A stretch of 64,000 nucleotides of DNA, taken from contig NC_086109.1 of the NCBI RefSeq assembly GCF_963921235.1, positions 11,718,001-11,782,000 of the forward strand. Reading direction: 5' to 3'. This document shows positions 62,801 to 64,000 of this stretch, in pieces (the first letter of the stretch is position 1; each line of letters opens with the position of its first letter). The notes below the pieces were generated by a model. That model made no database searches. It was not told where the DNA came from and saw nothing but the letters and a program-made list of their open reading frames with translations. Source of the stretch: Mobula hypostoma (lineage: Eukaryota). Position numbers and translations under genes: made by a program.

Positions 62801-63667
62801 GATAGATTGGAAGAATGGGCAAAGAAGTGGCAAATGAAATACAATGTTGGAAAGTATATGGTTATGCACTTTGACAGAAGAAATAAACGGGCAGACTATT
62901 ATTTAAATGGGGAGAGAATTCAAAGTTCTGAGATGCAACGGGACTTGGGAGTCCTCGTGCAGGATACCCTTAAGGTTAACCTCCAGGTTGAGTCGGTGGT
63001 GAAGAAGGCGAATGCAATGTTGGCATTCATTTCTAGAGGAATAGAGTATAGGAGCAGGGATGTGATGTTGAGGCTCTATAAGGAGCTGGTGAGACCTCAC
63101 TTGGAGTACTGTGGGCAGATTTGGTCTCCTTATTTAAGAAAGGATGTGCTGACGTTGGAAAGGGTACAGAGAAGATTCACTAGAATGCTTCTGGGAATGA
63201 GAGGGTTAACATATGAGGAACATTTGTCCGCTCTTGGACTGTATTCCTTGGACTTTAGAAGAATGAGGGGGGACCTCATAGAAACATTTCGAATGTTGAA
63301 AGGCATGGACAGAGTGGATGTGGCAAAGTTGTTTCCCATGATGGGGGAGTCTAGTACGAGAGGGCATGACTTGAGGATTGAAGGGCGCCCATTCAGAACA
63401 GAGATGTGAAGAAATTTTTTTAGCCAGAGGGTGGGGAATCTATGGAATTTGTTGCCACGGGCAGCAGTGGAGGCCAAGTCACTGGGTGTACTTAAGGCAG
63501 AGATTGACAGGTATCTGAGTAGCCAGGGCATCAAAGGTTATGGTGAGAAGACGGGGGAGTGGGACTAAATGGGAGAATGGATCAGCTCATGATAAAATGG
63601 CGGAGCAGACTCAATGGGCCGAATGGCCAACTTCTGCTCCTTTGTCTTATGGTCTTATGGTCTTATG
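59812..63667 (+). mobile_element. Young CR1 LINE (5'-truncated ORF2), split by a Penelope insertion at 61071-62699
   Basis: Long ORFs 60220-60954 (RT) and 62753-63409; GVPQGSVLG and FADD on either side of the insertion; (tcttatgg)n tail 63645-63667. Confidence 0.93.
61071..62699 (-). mobile_element. Penelope-like element (RT C-terminal half, GIY-YIG, terminal repeat) with a 13-bp target-site duplication
   Basis: ORF 62247-62669 MGTRMGPSYA..RYIDD; ORF 61499-61825 GIY-YIG; GGATTATGGAATA at 61058-61070 and 62700-62712. Confidence 0.95.
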
Positions 63668-63968
63668 TTCACATGGAGTGCTGAGTCCTGTTTTCACTGA
63701 TGACAATATATTCTTAGAAGTTTTATGTGACTGTTGTGTAGATTTTTAATATCTGTTATTCCTCTTCCTCCTTCTGTCCAAGGTCGTGTTAATCTAAGTG
63801 CATTAGCATGTACATAACGTTTTCTGAAATCTGTCATTTTTTTCTTCTTATTTTTCTTTGTAAATTTTCTAGGTCTGTTTCAGACCAAGATATCATGTCG
63901 AAAGGATACATTAATATAGATGTAGCAAAGGTGTTTATTGTCTTTGTTATGTTTTTATTGCTGAGCTC
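63668..63968 (-). mobile_element. Upstream part of the same R4/Dong-like element
   Basis: ELSNKNITKTINTFA..WSETDLENLQRKIR..EGGRGITDI..KQDSALHV continues in frame into NIYNSDKKYTPL at 59811. Confidence 0.82.
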
Positions 63969-64000
63969 TACTTAAGGTGGTAAAACCTGAGATACAGGAA

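Noticed and set aside
1-64000. Nested opposite-strand host gene (such as RAB37, which hosts CD300LF in mammals), CRISPR arrays, rRNA genes
   Set aside because: I found no plus-strand exons with Rab motifs, no repeat-spacer arrays and no rRNA-like sequence; very short exons could have been missed.

Overview
Repeat-dense vertebrate genomic DNA, probably from a cartilaginous fish and likely a ray (inferred from the CR1, V-SINE and Penelope repeat landscape). Most ORFs in the supplied track derive from transposons. By reading splice signals on the minus strand I reconstructed a tandem cluster of single Ig-V-domain CD300/pIgR-family receptors forming an inhibitory/activating pair. Gene A is complete: 7 exons from 40386 to 18880, 846 nt, 281 aa, with leader, IgV, stalk, uncharged TM and a cytoplasmic tail carrying two ITIMs and a YxN motif. 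Gene B runs from 57267 to 51042 with IgV, stalk, an Arg-containing TM and an immediate stop, so it has no tail; its leader exon was not found in the window. A third signal-peptide exon (gene C, 12487-12439) sits under a cluster of C/EBP, FOX and GATA motifs, whereas gene A has an ETS-IRF composite element. The repeats include young Penelope-like elements carrying minimal hammerhead ribozyme motifs, many fold-back derivatives of their terminal repeat, a three-layer R4>CR1>Penelope nest, a chromodomain Gypsy end with its LTR, CR1, Rex1/Babar LINEs and SINEs. Exon boundaries were hand-derived from GT-AG signals and phase continuity. Repeat boundaries are approximate.
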